Source of the DNA: Archaeoglobus fulgidus DSM 4304
Lineage (GTDB): Archaea; Halobacteriota; Archaeoglobi; Archaeoglobales; Archaeoglobaceae
Reading direction: 5' to 3'
NCBI RefSeq assembly: GCF_000008665.1
Contig: NC_000917.1
Span: forward strand, 1,590,001-1,622,000
DNA: 32,000 nt
The position numbers and the translations under genes were made by a program. This document shows positions 17,374 to 26,740 of this stretch, one piece after another; within the stretch, counting starts at the first letter, position 1; every line of letters starts with the position of its first letter. The notes beneath the pieces are model-generated. The model was not told where the DNA came from and made no database searches. It saw nothing but the letters and a program-made list of their open reading frames with translations.

Positions 17374-18840
17374 TTACTCACCGTAGAACCTCAGCCTTAT
17401 AACCTCTCCTCCCGGCCTGTAAACCGCAACGTTGCCGGGCATCGGGTTGAGATTGACCTTTTTCTGAAACTCGGTCTGCGCCTGCCAGGTGGAGGAGTTG
17501 ACCATGAAAACGCCTCTGTAAAACCCCGTTCCGTAGGTGTGGATGTGTCCGCAGTGAAGAATATCGGGAACGTCCTCAATAACGAGGTAATCCTCCCTTT
17601 CCGGAGCCAAAGGTGTTCTTCCACCGTAAATCGGGCTGAGGTGCCTCCTCTTCAGCAGCTCCTCCATGACCTTCTGAGGCTCATCGTAGCTCAGGCGCGG
17701 AATTTTCGAAATTATGTCGTCTATGCTCCTCCCGTGGTAAATCAGAACCTTCACACCCTCTATATCGACGTATGCGGGATTTCCAACATGCTCAACGTTT
17801 TTAGGAAACAGGCTCCTGATCTCGCCTTCAAACGCTGGTTGAGGTTCGGCCTGCCTGACCGCATCATGGTTTCCGGGAGAGACTATTATTTTGATCTCTT
17901 TCGGAATCTCGTCAAGATGGGAGGCTGCAAACTCGTACTGGCCGTAGATGTCGCTTATCGCTAAATCATCCTCCTGACCGGGATAAACACCGATACCGTC
18001 AACGATATCGCCCGCAATTACAATGTACTTAACCTTCTCAGCGAGATTCTGGCTTTTCTTTCCTCCAACCTCCCCCTTAAGCCACCTGACGAACATTTCC
18101 CACTCCTTCTCGAGGAATTCCTTGCTTCCGAAGTGCGTGTCCGAGAGGAAAACGATGTAAAAATCCCTCTTCTTCTCTCCGTTCCCGTTAATCGGAACGT
18201 CGGGAAAAACTATTCTGTTTGCGTAGAGTGAGGAGCCCTTCAGCAATCCTGTTACGCCGATGACCTCGTCACCAAGAAGCTCTCTTGCAACCTCAGCGTT
18301 TTTTCCGGTTGCAACGCAGGTTATGGTTCCTGTTGTGTCTTCAAGGCGTATGTAGCATTTGTCTCCCCTCTCGTAGACTTCATTCACCATCCCCACAACG
18401 CTAACGTTCCCCCTAACCTTCCCGGCGTGGGCTATGGGGGTGGTGTTTACCCTGCTCCTTATTATCCTTGAAAGCTTCTCAAGTCTGGAGTTGAAGTACA
18501 TAAGGAAGTCCTCCACGTTTCCCTGACAGCTGGACTTCCCCGTTATGTCCTTTATGACCTTGAGAGCGATGCAGGAGGCCTTTACCTCTTCCACCTTCCT
18601 TTCCTCCGGCCTGGGCGTTAGGGTTGCTGGCTTCAGATTTGATAGGTTTCGTAAGAACTCCTCAACAACGCTCTTTTCTATGATGAAACCCCCATTGGCT
18701 ATGCGGCAAATCTTGTCAACGAGTTCATCGCTAAAGAGGCCGGATTTGCAAATTAGCTCAGCAGCTTTGGGGTCTATGTTGTACCCCCTTACCAGAAACT
18801 TCTTCGCCACTGTTGCGGCATCGATATTTTTAATTACCAT
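17374..18840 (-). CDS. polB: DNA polymerase II (D family) small subunit DP1, exonuclease/phosphoesterase subunit
   Basis: OB-fold VRGNVSVVGMVNEVYERGDKCYIRLEDTTGTITC. Mre11-like motifs FLSDTHFGS, IAGDIVDGIG, SPGNHDAVR, IYHGRS, HCGHIHTYG. AAGGAGGAG RBS on the minus strand. Confidence 0.96.
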   Translation of the reverse strand: MVIKNIDAATVAKKFLVRGYNIDPKAAELICKSGLFSDELVDKICRIANGGFIIEKSVVEEFLRNLSNLKPATLTPRPEERKVEEVKASCIALKVIKDITGKSSCQGNVEDFLMYFNSRLEKLSRIIRSRVNTTPIAHAGKVRGNVSVVGMVNEVYERGDKCYIRLEDTTGTITCVATGKNAEVARELLGDEVIGVTGLLKGSSLYANRIVFPDVPINGNGEKKRDFYIVFLSDTHFGSKEFLEKEWEMFVRWLKGEVGGKKSQNLAEKVKYIVIAGDIVDGIGVYPGQEDDLAISDIYGQYEFAASHLDEIPKEIKIIVSPGNHDAVRQAEPQPAFEGEIRSLFPKNVEHVGNPAYVDIEGVKVLIYHGRSIDDIISKIPRLSYDEPQKVMEELLKRRHLSPIYGGRTPLAPEREDYLVIEDVPDILHCGHIHTYGTGFYRGVFMVNSSTWQAQTEFQKKVNLNPMPGNVAVYRPGGEVIRLRFYGE

Positions 18841-18859
18841 CCCATCTCCTCCTTAAAGC

Positions 18860-19429
18860 ATGGACACTGAATCCAAGACCTACCAGTTTCTGAAAGATGT
18901 CGTCTCAACGTTAATTATCGTTGCGGTTGTGGTGGGTGGAGGTATAGCAATCACTGGCACCTGGCCCTTTATGGTTGCGGTTGAGTCTGGTAGCATGGAG
19001 CCACATCTTTATCCGGGCGACGTCGTCTTCCTCCTCAGCCCCTCACGCACGGGTGGAATTGTGACGTGGGAGGAGGGAAAGGAGACGGGATACATGAGCT
19101 TTGGGAATTACGGGGATGTTATAGTTTACAAGCCCAACGGCTACGGAAAGCCGATCATCCACAGAGCCATCGCCTACGTTCACAAGGGAGACTACATCCC
19201 GGCGATCGTGAACGGCAAGCTCGTTCTGACGAACCAGATAGCTGAGAGCGACGGCTACATAACCCAGGGAGACAACGTGAGGACAAATCAGCTTCCTGAT
19301 CAGGCTGTTCCTGCAGCGTTCTCTCCAATCGGTGAGAAAATTCTGCCCGTAAAGGAGGATTGGATTATAGGCGTTGCAAAGTTCAGAGTTCCGTATATAG
19401 GCTATCTGAGGCTGTTGATTCCCATCTAA
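18860..19429 (+). CDS. sec11: Signal peptidase I, archaeal/ER (Sec11) type
   Basis: N-terminal TM, VESGSMEPHLYPGDVVFLL, KPIIHRAIAYV, ITQGDNV. Confidence 0.92.
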   Translation: MDTESKTYQFLKDVVSTLIIVAVVVGGGIAITGTWPFMVAVESGSMEPHLYPGDVVFLLSPSRTGGIVTWEEGKETGYMSFGNYGDVIVYKPNGYGKPIIHRAIAYVHKGDYIPAIVNGKLVLTNQIAESDGYITQGDNVRTNQLPDQAVPAAFSPIGEKILPVKEDWIIGVAKFRVPYIGYLRLLIPI

Positions 19430-19430
19430 T

Positions 19431-19444
19431 TTTGTCTTTTTTTG
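19431..19444 (+). terminator. Possible archaeal oligo-T terminator after signal peptidase gene
   Basis: TTTGTCTTTTTTTG directly after the TAA. Confidence 0.35.
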
Positions 19445-19477
19445 TCATAGCAAGCGAAAGAATTTTAATGTTATGTA

Positions 19478-19498
19478 TTTCTAACATTATGTTAGAAA
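19478..19498. promoter_or_regulatory. Exact palindrome (10-bp arms, 1-nt centre), candidate operator of the downstream membrane protein/HTH pair
   Basis: TTTCTAACAT-T-ATGTTAGAAA, about 20 bp upstream of the ATG and just downstream of a TATA-like AATTTTAAT (19461-19469) preceded by CGAAAG. Confidence 0.6.
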
Positions 19499-19518
19499 AA
19501 CCTAACAAAGGTGGAATC

Positions 19519-19881
19519 ATGAGGTACGGTAAAATAGGAGTTGCTACGGCAATGGCCGTTGGGGCAGCGGTAGGCTATGCGGTTGAGAGTGGAAAATGGT
19601 TTATTACAGTAATTGCAGTGCTGGCAGGAGTTGCTTTGCTCTCACTGGTTAAGAGAAGGGTTGATGAGGTTGTGGAGGATGAGAGGACTGTAAGGGTTGG
19701 CGAGAGGGCTTCGAGGAGGACGGTTGAAATTTTTAGCATCGGAGCGGCTTTGAGCGGAGCAGTGATGCTGGCCCTTGATTTACACACGGAGGCTGCTCTC
19801 GCTCTTGAGTTTGCGGTCTGCTGCGTTCTCGTGCTATATCTTATCTTTTACGGCTACTACAGCTTTAGGGCGTTGGATTGA
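19519..19881 (+). CDS. Small membrane protein, DUF2178-like
   Basis: About four hydrophobic segments and a charged loop [32 protein letters not shown] at 19507-19514 supports ATG 19519 rather than the track start at 19360. Confidence 0.75.
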   Translation: MRYGKIGVATAMAVGAAVGYAVESGKWFITVIAVLAGVALLSLVKRRVDEVVEDERTVRVGERASRRTVEIFSIGAALSGAVMLALDLHTEAALALEFAVCCVLVLYLIFYGYYSFRALD

Positions 19882-19903
19882 GTTGGATTGCGTAGTGAGG
19901 AAA

Positions 19904-20116
19904 ATGAGAACGAGAATAAGGGAGTTCAGGGCGAAGTACGGGATGACGCAGGAGGAGCTGGCGAAGAAGGTAGGGGTGAGGAGAGAAACCATTGTTTTTC
20001 TTGAGAAGGGGAAGTACAACCCGTCTCTAAGGCTGGCGTACAAAATAGCGAGAGTTTTCAACGCAAGGATAGAAGACCTCTTTATTTTTGACGATGAGGA
20101 GCTTTGGGGAAAGTAA
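19904..20116 (+). CDS. Compact XRE/Cro-type HTH transcriptional regulator
   Basis: [63 protein letters not shown] (about 70 aa). Confidence 0.92.
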   Translation: MRTRIREFRAKYGMTQEELAKKVGVRRETIVFLEKGKYNPSLRLAYKIARVFNARIEDLFIFDDEELWGK

Positions 20117-20120
20117 AAAA

Positions 20121-21299
20121 TTATTTCAGATTTGAATACCACTCCTTGAGCACAACAAACTGCTCGTGTGTGTTTATCACGTTGGTGTCCATTGGGCTCT
20201 TGAAGAAGAAGGCCATCTCCTTCACGACGCCCTTCACACCCTTCTTCTTCGCAAACAGAAGGAATCTCGCGATGTCGAGGATTAGCGGGGCAGCTACGAT
20301 CGCATCGATCGCATCCCAGATGAAGTAGAACTTCATCAGCTTGCCGAGGAAGCCCTTGAAGTGCACGAAGTCGAAGGCGGTTTTGTTGTCAACGAGGCTC
20401 GGGAAGTACTGTATCTCGGTGATGCTGTAGGGTGAGTAGCCAAGCATCTTCTCCAGAACCTTGTCCTTGCTCAGAACCTTGCTCTCCTTGTTGTCCCTGG
20501 CCGACAGCACCTTTCCGTCGTAGTCGCCGAGGATGTTGTAGCTCATCCAGCCCACGACCTCCATGTTTCTGTAGGCGAACATGGGGGCGAGGGTTGTTTT
20601 GACCAGCGTTTCGCCGGTTTTGCCGTCATTGCCTGCATGCGGGACTCCCTTCTTTTCCGCAAGCTCCTTCAATGCCGGGATTGCGGAACCCGGACTGGGT
20701 GTGAAGTTCGCATACGGTAAGCCGAGCTTTAATGCAGCGTAGGCGTAGAGCATGCTTGCAGATGCGTATTCTTTCCTGTCCTCGTCGATCATCCTCTCGA
20801 AGCCTTCAAGGCTGCCGTGATACTCTTCGCTGTAGTTGGGCAGGGGCTCTGTTGATGCCACGTTTATAACAACTGTCTCGTCGTCAGCGAAGCTCTTGAT
20901 GTCCTCCTCAATCCTCGAAACCATCTCTGCTAGGCTCAATCCCTCGCCTTCAAGCGTTTTTATGTCTCCGAGCTCCTTTATTCCGCTACCGCAGTTCAAC
21001 GCAGTACCCTTCCTCGCAACTATGCCTTCAAGATCACTTTTCACGGCCTCCAGAATCTCCCTGTCGAAGTGTCTGTTGAGCTCCCAGTGCTCCTTCGCTG
21101 CCTCGTAAGCGTTGCTAAGCAGTCTGATTTCGTGTCCGCCAAATTCGAATGAGAAGGGAGCATATTTTTCAATACCCTCAAAGTGCGGAAGTTCTGAAAC
21201 GAGTCCGATCTTTGGAGCGATGCCCCTCTCTATGGCCCTCGCTCCGACCATGGCCGTCGTAGAAACTATACCATAAGCGCCTACCAGCCAGACCTTCAT
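20121..21299 (-). CDS. ino1: myo-Inositol-1-phosphate synthase
   Basis: VWLVGAYGIVSTTAMVGA, NVASTEPLPNY, NFTPSPGSAIPAL, KVRDGKTGET-like GNDGKTGETLVKTTLAP, GWMSYNILGDYDG. Confidence 0.94.
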   Translation of the reverse strand: MKVWLVGAYGIVSTTAMVGARAIERGIAPKIGLVSELPHFEGIEKYAPFSFEFGGHEIRLLSNAYEAAKEHWELNRHFDREILEAVKSDLEGIVARKGTALNCGSGIKELGDIKTLEGEGLSLAEMVSRIEEDIKSFADDETVVINVASTEPLPNYSEEYHGSLEGFERMIDEDRKEYASASMLYAYAALKLGLPYANFTPSPGSAIPALKELAEKKGVPHAGNDGKTGETLVKTTLAPMFAYRNMEVVGWMSYNILGDYDGKVLSARDNKESKVLSKDKVLEKMLGYSPYSITEIQYFPSLVDNKTAFDFVHFKGFLGKLMKFYFIWDAIDAIVAAPLILDIARFLLFAKKKGVKGVVKEMAFFFKSPMDTNVINTHEQFVVLKEWYSNLK

Positions 21300-21370
21300 T
21301 AAGCATCACCTCCTCAGAGAAATTGGAGATGTCTGTGTGTTCTCGAACCTCTCGGAATAAAAAATTTCCT

Positions 21371-22405
21371 TCAGAAGTAGTTTTTGGCGTTCTCGATTGC
21401 TCTTGCCACAATCTCTACAGCGCTCTCAACGTCCTTCAAGTCAACAACCTCCACAGGGCTGTGAATGTATCTTGCAGGCACGCTGACAACCCCTGCTGGA
21501 ATTCCGGCCTTTGTGAGGTGAATTGCAGTTGCATCGGTGGTTCCGCCCTCAGCAACCTCAAGCTGATAGGGGATGCCGTATTTTTCAGCTGTCTCGGTCA
21601 GCCACCTCAAAACCTTTGGAGAGGCAATCAACCCCCTCCCCGATGCGTCTATGACTGTGATTGCCGCTCCCTTACCGAGCTTGACGTCCATGTGCGCCGA
21701 CTCGCTGCCGGGAAAGTCTGCAGCGACGCAGGTGTCAACTGCAATTGCGGCTGTGGGCTCGATGGCGAAGGCCGAAGTTCTAGCCCCCTTCAAACCGACC
21801 TCCTCCTGAACCGTCGCGACCGCGTGGATGGTGATGTCAGCCTTTGCCCTTCTCACCGCCTCGATCATCACCGCAACACCAACCCTGTTGTCGAAGGCTT
21901 TGCCCGTTATTCTGCCATTTGCCAGCTCCACGATCTCTCTGTCAAGGGCAACGGGAGTGCCTACGTTGATGCCCATCTCAAGCACTTCCTCCTTGCTGCT
22001 AGCCCCGATATCGACGAACATGTCCTTTATCTCGATTCCCTTCTTCCTCTCTTCATCCTTCATCAGGTGGGGAGGCTTGCAGCCGATAACACCGTAAACC
22101 TTCTTTTTTCCGTACAAAACGACTCTCTGAGCTAAAGCAATCTGGGAAAACCACCCGCCGATCGGAGCAATCCTGATGAACCCCTTATCATCAATGTACT
22201 TCACGGCAAAGCCAATCTCGTCCATGTGCGCTGCAACCATTATCTCCGGCTCTCCTCCATTCTTTGTGCAGATCAGATTTCCCATGCTGTCCGTCTTTAC
22301 TTCATCAGCCCAGTCTTCAAGCTCCGCCCTTACGATCTCTCTGACTTCATCCTCATAACCGCTAATTCCGTGAGCGTTGCTCAGTTTTGCGATAAGCTCC
22401 TTCAA
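21371..22405 (-). CDS. M42-family metallopeptidase (CelM/FrvX/YsdC type aminopeptidase)
   Basis: SNAHGISGYEDEVR, VAAHMDEIGF, GKAFDNRVGVAV, ATVQEEVGLKGA, GGTTDATAIH. Confidence 0.95.
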   Translation of the reverse strand: MKELIAKLSNAHGISGYEDEVREIVRAELEDWADEVKTDSMGNLICTKNGGEPEIMVAAHMDEIGFAVKYIDDKGFIRIAPIGGWFSQIALAQRVVLYGKKKVYGVIGCKPPHLMKDEERKKGIEIKDMFVDIGASSKEEVLEMGINVGTPVALDREIVELANGRITGKAFDNRVGVAVMIEAVRRAKADITIHAVATVQEEVGLKGARTSAFAIEPTAAIAVDTCVAADFPGSESAHMDVKLGKGAAITVIDASGRGLIASPKVLRWLTETAEKYGIPYQLEVAEGGTTDATAIHLTKAGIPAGVVSVPARYIHSPVEVVDLKDVESAVEIVARAIENAKNYF

Positions 22406-22414
22406 AATACCACC

Positions 22415-22981
22415 TCATTCAAGAACAGCATGCCTCGCCTCCAAATCTTTTTCGGTAAGATGCTTCTGCATCATGATTTCAGCAACGAGCGCATCGAGGA
22501 AAATCATGGCGGTGAGCTCAAACATGGTTCCGAGAGGAGCGAGCTGGGAAAGTATCTCGTCCCTCTCCTGCTTCATCTTCCCCTTCACGACCATCACAAC
22601 GTCAGCCATCTTCGCAAGGCTCGAATCCCTCTTACCGGTTACCGCAACAAGCTTCGAGCCAATGTCCTTGGCTTTTTTGCTTATGTTCACAACAGACGTA
22701 GTCTCACCGCTGCCAGAAATGGCTACAAGAACGTCCTGGTCGGTTATTCTCGGAGTTACGGTCTCTCCTACGACGTAAACGGTATATCCGAGGTGCATCA
22801 GCCTCATTGCGAAGGCTTTGGCGATGTAACCGCTCCTTCCGGCACCTATGACGAAAATAGACCTGGCGGAGTCAATTAATTTTATCATTTCACCAACCGT
22901 TTCGAGGTCGATATGGTTTCTCAGGTTTTTTATGTGCTCGGAGACAACTTCCAGAAACCTGAGCATCGTTTCGCCTACCAT
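22415..22981 (-). CDS. hxlB: 6-phospho-3-hexuloisomerase (SIS domain)
   Basis: SIFVIGAGRSGYIAKAFAMRLMHLGYTVYVVGETVTPRITDQDVLVAISGSGETTSVVNISKKAKDIGSKLVAVT. Confidence 0.93.
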   Translation of the reverse strand: MVGETMLRFLEVVSEHIKNLRNHIDLETVGEMIKLIDSARSIFVIGAGRSGYIAKAFAMRLMHLGYTVYVVGETVTPRITDQDVLVAISGSGETTSVVNISKKAKDIGSKLVAVTGKRDSSLAKMADVVMVVKGKMKQERDEILSQLAPLGTMFELTAMIFLDALVAEIMMQKHLTEKDLEARHAVLE

Positions 22982-23019
22982 AGGTATTGAATAGTCTTTT
23001 TCTCTGTTTTTAACACTAA

Positions 23020-23985
23020 CTATACCACCACCATGTTAACAACGACCTCGGCAATGTCTGCTGAGTAGCCGGCAATTCTTGAAAGGCTGTCAACAATTGA
23101 TTTCAGGTTCAGTGCCTCCTCAACGTCCTCATTCAGAATGCTGCTGTAGTACTTTCTCTCTATATCCTGAATGTCGTCAAACTCTTCCAGAACAACTTCT
23201 GCAAGCTCCAGCTCGTTCTCAATGAATGCAACCATTGCAGTTCTGAGCATTTCGAGGTCTATTTCGACGAAATCGCAAAGGTAGTCGACGGGCTTTCCGA
23301 GCTCAATAAGGCTTTCAGCCATGTTTGCGGCGTGGTCAGCAACCCTCTCCAGAGTTCTAACTACAGTTCTGTATTCCTGTATGGTCTCAATTGGAATATC
23401 GAGCTGTGCAGCAACATCTGCGTGGAGAGTTGCCTGCTTTAACTGCCTTAGAAGCAGGAAGTAAAGCCTGTCAACCTCTCTTTCCCTGAAGATTATTGAG
23501 CTGCAAAGGTATCTGTCGTACTTCCTCAGGGCTGTGCAGAAGTCCGACACCATGCCCACGCAGGTGTTCCCCATCCTTCTGATTATTCCTTCTGGCTTTA
23601 GCCTTGAGTTGTCGAGGAAAATTTCCAGAATAACCTCTTTCCCTGTGTCCTCGACTATCTCAACACCCATTAGGCTTTCAGATGCCCTCGAAATCGCAGC
23701 CCTTTGCTCTTCATCGTAGACTCTAATTCTGAGCGAGTCAACTCCTGCAAGGTAGTAGGAAATAATCCTCCTTAAGAGGGCCTCGTGTTTCACATCTTTT
23801 GCGTCAATTTCCACTCGCTTAATCTTGAGTCCCGGATTTTTGGGGTATATTGTGATGAAGTTTTTGCCAACGCTCAGAACGACCTCGCTCCCCGGCTCTA
23901 TACCGTTTTCCATCGCCCATCTTTTTGGAAGCGTTAGAATGTAGCTGCTTTTTCCACTGAAGTACACCTTCCTGTTCTCGAGCAT
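23020..23985 (-). CDS. AbrB-PhoU fusion phosphate-uptake regulator
   Basis: N-terminal AbrB/SpoVT-like KVYFSGKSSYILTLPKRWAMENGIEPGSEVVLSV, C-terminal two PhoU-like helical repeats (RTVERVADHAANMAESLIELG, LKSIVDSLSRIAGYSADIAEVVV). Confidence 0.9.
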   Translation of the reverse strand: MLENRKVYFSGKSSYILTLPKRWAMENGIEPGSEVVLSVGKNFITIYPKNPGLKIKRVEIDAKDVKHEALLRRIISYYLAGVDSLRIRVYDEEQRAAISRASESLMGVEIVEDTGKEVILEIFLDNSRLKPEGIIRRMGNTCVGMVSDFCTALRKYDRYLCSSIIFREREVDRLYFLLLRQLKQATLHADVAAQLDIPIETIQEYRTVVRTLERVADHAANMAESLIELGKPVDYLCDFVEIDLEMLRTAMVAFIENELELAEVVLEEFDDIQDIERKYYSSILNEDVEEALNLKSIVDSLSRIAGYSADIAEVVVNMVVV

Positions 23986-24003
23986 GATATATAGCCATTT
24001 ATT

Positions 24004-24054
24004 GGATATATATCCCTATCGATATTCTACCGTTTAAGGAAAAGGATATATATC
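24004..24054. promoter_or_regulatory. Paired GGATATATATC elements, candidate back-to-back TATA boxes of phoU-like (-) and pit (+) genes
   Basis: GGATATATATCC (24004-24015) and GGATATATATC (24044-24054), each centred roughly 24-25 nt from the start codon of the gene it would drive (23985 on -, 24073 on +). Confidence 0.65.
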
Positions 24055-24072
24055 AGAGTTCGAACGCTCTGC

Positions 24073-25074
24073 ATGGACTTGTTTATTGTCGTCGCTGGAA
24101 TTGTTGGCTTTTACGTTGCGTGGAACATCGGTGCCAACGATGCTGCTAACTCAATGGCCACGTCCTATGGCAGCAGGGCATTGACTTTGAAGCAGATTAT
24201 AATTATTGCCTCAGTACTGGAGTTTACCGGAGCCGTATTTTTCGGTAAGAAGGTTACGCACACCATTGCTAAAGGTATAGTTCCAATCGAGCTTCTGGAC
24301 CACAATCTGGTGGTTTACGGAGCTTTAGCAGCTCTCCTTTCCGCGGGATTCTGGATCACGATCTCAACCTACTACCATCTGCCCATCTCCACAACGCACT
24401 CGATTGTGGGGGCGATGGTGGGTTTCGGTCTTGCAGCGGTCTCGCAGAATCACCTCACCCTAGACCAGATTAAGTGGGATGTTTTGGCAAGAATTGCGTT
24501 GAGCTGGGTGATTTCACCTCTTTTCGGTGCGGCTCTTGCTTTTGTTGTTTTTTCCCTCATCAGAGTCCTCCTTCTTGACAGATTTGCGAGTGAAAGTATA
24601 GAGCACGTCTTCCGCTATCTTCAGGTTCTCACCGCCTGCTACATGGCCTTTGCCCACGGAAGCAATGATGTGGCTAATGCAACGGGGCCCATTGCCGCAA
24701 TTATGGGCTACAGCGGTGGAGTACCTTTCTGGGTACTTTTCTTCGGCGGTCTCGGAATTGCTGTGGGAATTGCCACATGGGGATACAGGGTTATCGAGAC
24801 TGTTGGGAAGCAGATTACAGAACTGACTTACACGAGAGGATTTTCCGCTGAGTTTGCAACTGCAACAACTGTTTTGCTTGCATCCAACTTCGGCATGCCC
24901 GTGTCAACAACGCACACGCTCGTTGGCAGCGTGATTGGTGTGGGTCTTGCTGGTGGTTTGGCCAGTGTGAACCTGAAAATCGTGCAAAAGATTATATTCT
25001 CATGGATTGTAACGGTTCCGGTGGCAGCAGCGATGACGATAAGCCTTTACACCATGATGGTGGTGTTCGTATGA
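24073..25074 (+). CDS. pit: PiT-family inorganic phosphate transporter
   Basis: [74 protein letters not shown]. Confidence 0.96.
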
Positions 25075-25751
25075 AGTTCTTCAGATCAGTCGGAGAGGTT
25101 TTCGGGTACTCTCCATTCCGCTCCTTAGCCCAGCACGCCAGAATGTGTGGTAGAGCTGTCGGGCTGCTCCAGCAGCAGTTTGAAGCTCTGAGGAGAGGGA
25201 ATTACGAGGAGGTTGAGGAGCTGAGAGAGGAGATAGATGAGCTTGAGCACCATGCCGACCAGATTAAGGAAGAAATCAGAGGGAACGTGACCAAATCCCT
25301 CATGCTTCCCGTTGACAGGCACGACTTGCTTGAATTTTTGAAGGTTCAGGATGACATACTCAACAACTGCGAGCATGTGGGGCACATGGTCACCTTCAGG
25401 AAGGTCAGCGCTCCCGAAGATGTGTGGGACGAGTTCTTGGTTCTGCTTTCAAAGCTGATGGAGATTGTGAACAACTACGAGGAGATGGTTGAGAGAATAA
25501 TGCAGCTTGTTGAAACTTCCTTCAGCAAGAAGGAGGTGAACAGAGCTTTGGAGTACGTCCCCATCATCGAGCAGCTGGAGCACGAGTGCGACCTGATCCA
25601 GATCGGATTGCACACGAAGTTGTTCAACCTGGAAAATTCCAATCCGCTTGACATTCAGCTGATGGTAACCTGGGTCGTTCATTTGGGTTACGTGGCCAAC
25701 GCTGCAGCGAGGGCTTCAGACAGATTCAGGATCATGATTCTCGGTCGCTAA
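25071..25751 (+). CDS. DUF47/TIGR00153 PhoU-related Pit accessory protein
   Basis: [84 protein letters not shown] overlap with pit stop; track start 25002 is upstream in another frame of pit. Confidence 0.91.
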
Positions 25752-26738
25752 TTCCTCTTTTGTGTAGTAGTTGTAGATGGCGGTTGCGAGCCCAACTATC
25801 ATCGGGGCGATGAAGAAGCCGCTGATACCTCCAACCAGCCCACCTCCAATGAAGGCGAGCATCAGAACAAGAGGGTGAATTTTTGAGGTGTACCCGACAA
25901 AGTACGGGCGAAGAATAAGTTCTGGGAGAACGTAGAGGAAAACAACGCCTATCAGGAGAAAGCTCAGCCCCCTACCGACGTCTACAAGAAGCAGATATAG
26001 CGAGACGGGGAGTATAATCATCCACTCCGCGAAAATCGGAATCAGGGCGGCGAGGAACATCAAGCCTGAGAGCAGGGGGGCGAAGGGCACGTTGAAGTAA
26101 AGGAAGAACGGAAGGCTCACAAGCCCGATGAGGATGGCAACTACGAAGTTTCCGAACCAGAGGGATTCGAAGGTAACGTCAATTTCCTCAACAAATCTCC
26201 TGAACTCATCTCTTCTGTCCTCCGGAACAACGCTTGTCGTTCTGCGAACGAAGTTTTCCATGTCCGCGAGAGCGTAAAAGCAAACCACGATGGATATGAA
26301 AAAGTTCAGAATCAGGAGGGTTGCCTTCTTTGTTATTTCAACCGCTGATGGTTGAATGCTGCTCTGCAAAATGGAGAAAACGTTTGAGGTAATCCACTTC
26401 ACGTACTCTTCACCCTCTTCTATGCCCATTTTGCTCAGAATGTTGAGAATGCCGGATTCTATTACTTTGTAGTGCGTTATGAGATAAATGGCCTGGTTTA
26501 GTCCCTGTATCAGCCCGTAAAACATCAAAACCGATATCGGGAGGATGACGATTGCGGTGGCGATGACGGACGCCTTGATCCTGCCGACATGTTCGATTTT
26601 CCTCTTTACCGGCTTGGCTACGTAGGCAAAGACGACGCCCATTACAATGCCGTCGAGCAGCGGTGTGAAGAAGTAGAAGGTTAGTGCGAGAACAACAAGT
26701 ATTGAAAGCAGCAGAACCAATGTCCAGTATTTGTTCAT
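25716..26738 (-). CDS. AI-2E/PerM family (UPF0118) transporter
   Basis: Multiple TM segments, FVVAILIGLVSLPFFLYFNVPFAPLLSGLMFLAALIPI, GYTSKIHPLVLMLAFIGGGLVGGISGFFIAPMIVGL. 3' end overlaps the convergent DUF47 gene by 36 nt. Confidence 0.91.
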   Translation of the reverse strand: MNKYWTLVLLLSILVVLALTFYFFTPLLDGIVMGVVFAYVAKPVKRKIEHVGRIKASVIATAIVILPISVLMFYGLIQGLNQAIYLITHYKVIESGILNILSKMGIEEGEEYVKWITSNVFSILQSSIQPSAVEITKKATLLILNFFISIVVCFYALADMENFVRRTTSVVPEDRRDEFRRFVEEIDVTFESLWFGNFVVAILIGLVSLPFFLYFNVPFAPLLSGLMFLAALIPIFAEWMIILPVSLYLLLVDVGRGLSFLLIGVVFLYVLPELILRPYFVGYTSKIHPLVLMLAFIGGGLVGGISGFFIAPMIVGLATAIYNYYTKEELATENHDPESV

Positions 26739-26740
26739 GC

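Noticed and set aside
17257-17964. 235-aa plus-strand ORF over DP1/PRTase
   Set aside because: Antisense to DP1 catalytic motifs; shadow ORF.
19360-19518. N-terminal extension of the DUF2178-like membrane protein given in the ORF track
   Set aside because: Overlaps the signal peptidase gene, a T-run, a TATA-like box and the palindrome; the AAAGGTGG RBS points to ATG 19519.
19872-19890. Near-tandem repeat GTTGGATTGAGTTGGATTG at the 3' end of the membrane protein gene
   Set aside because: Only two short units overlapping a stop codon; not convincing as a functional repeat or phase-variation tract.
21323-22135. 270-aa plus-strand ORF (MEMSVCSRTSRNKK...)
   Set aside because: Antisense to the M42 peptidase; Cys/Arg/Leu-rich low-plausibility protein, no RBS or promoter, no family resemblance.
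22226-22879. 217-aa plus-strand ORF opposite M42 peptidase and hexuloisomerase
   Set aside because: Crosses two well-supported minus-strand genes; shadow ORF.
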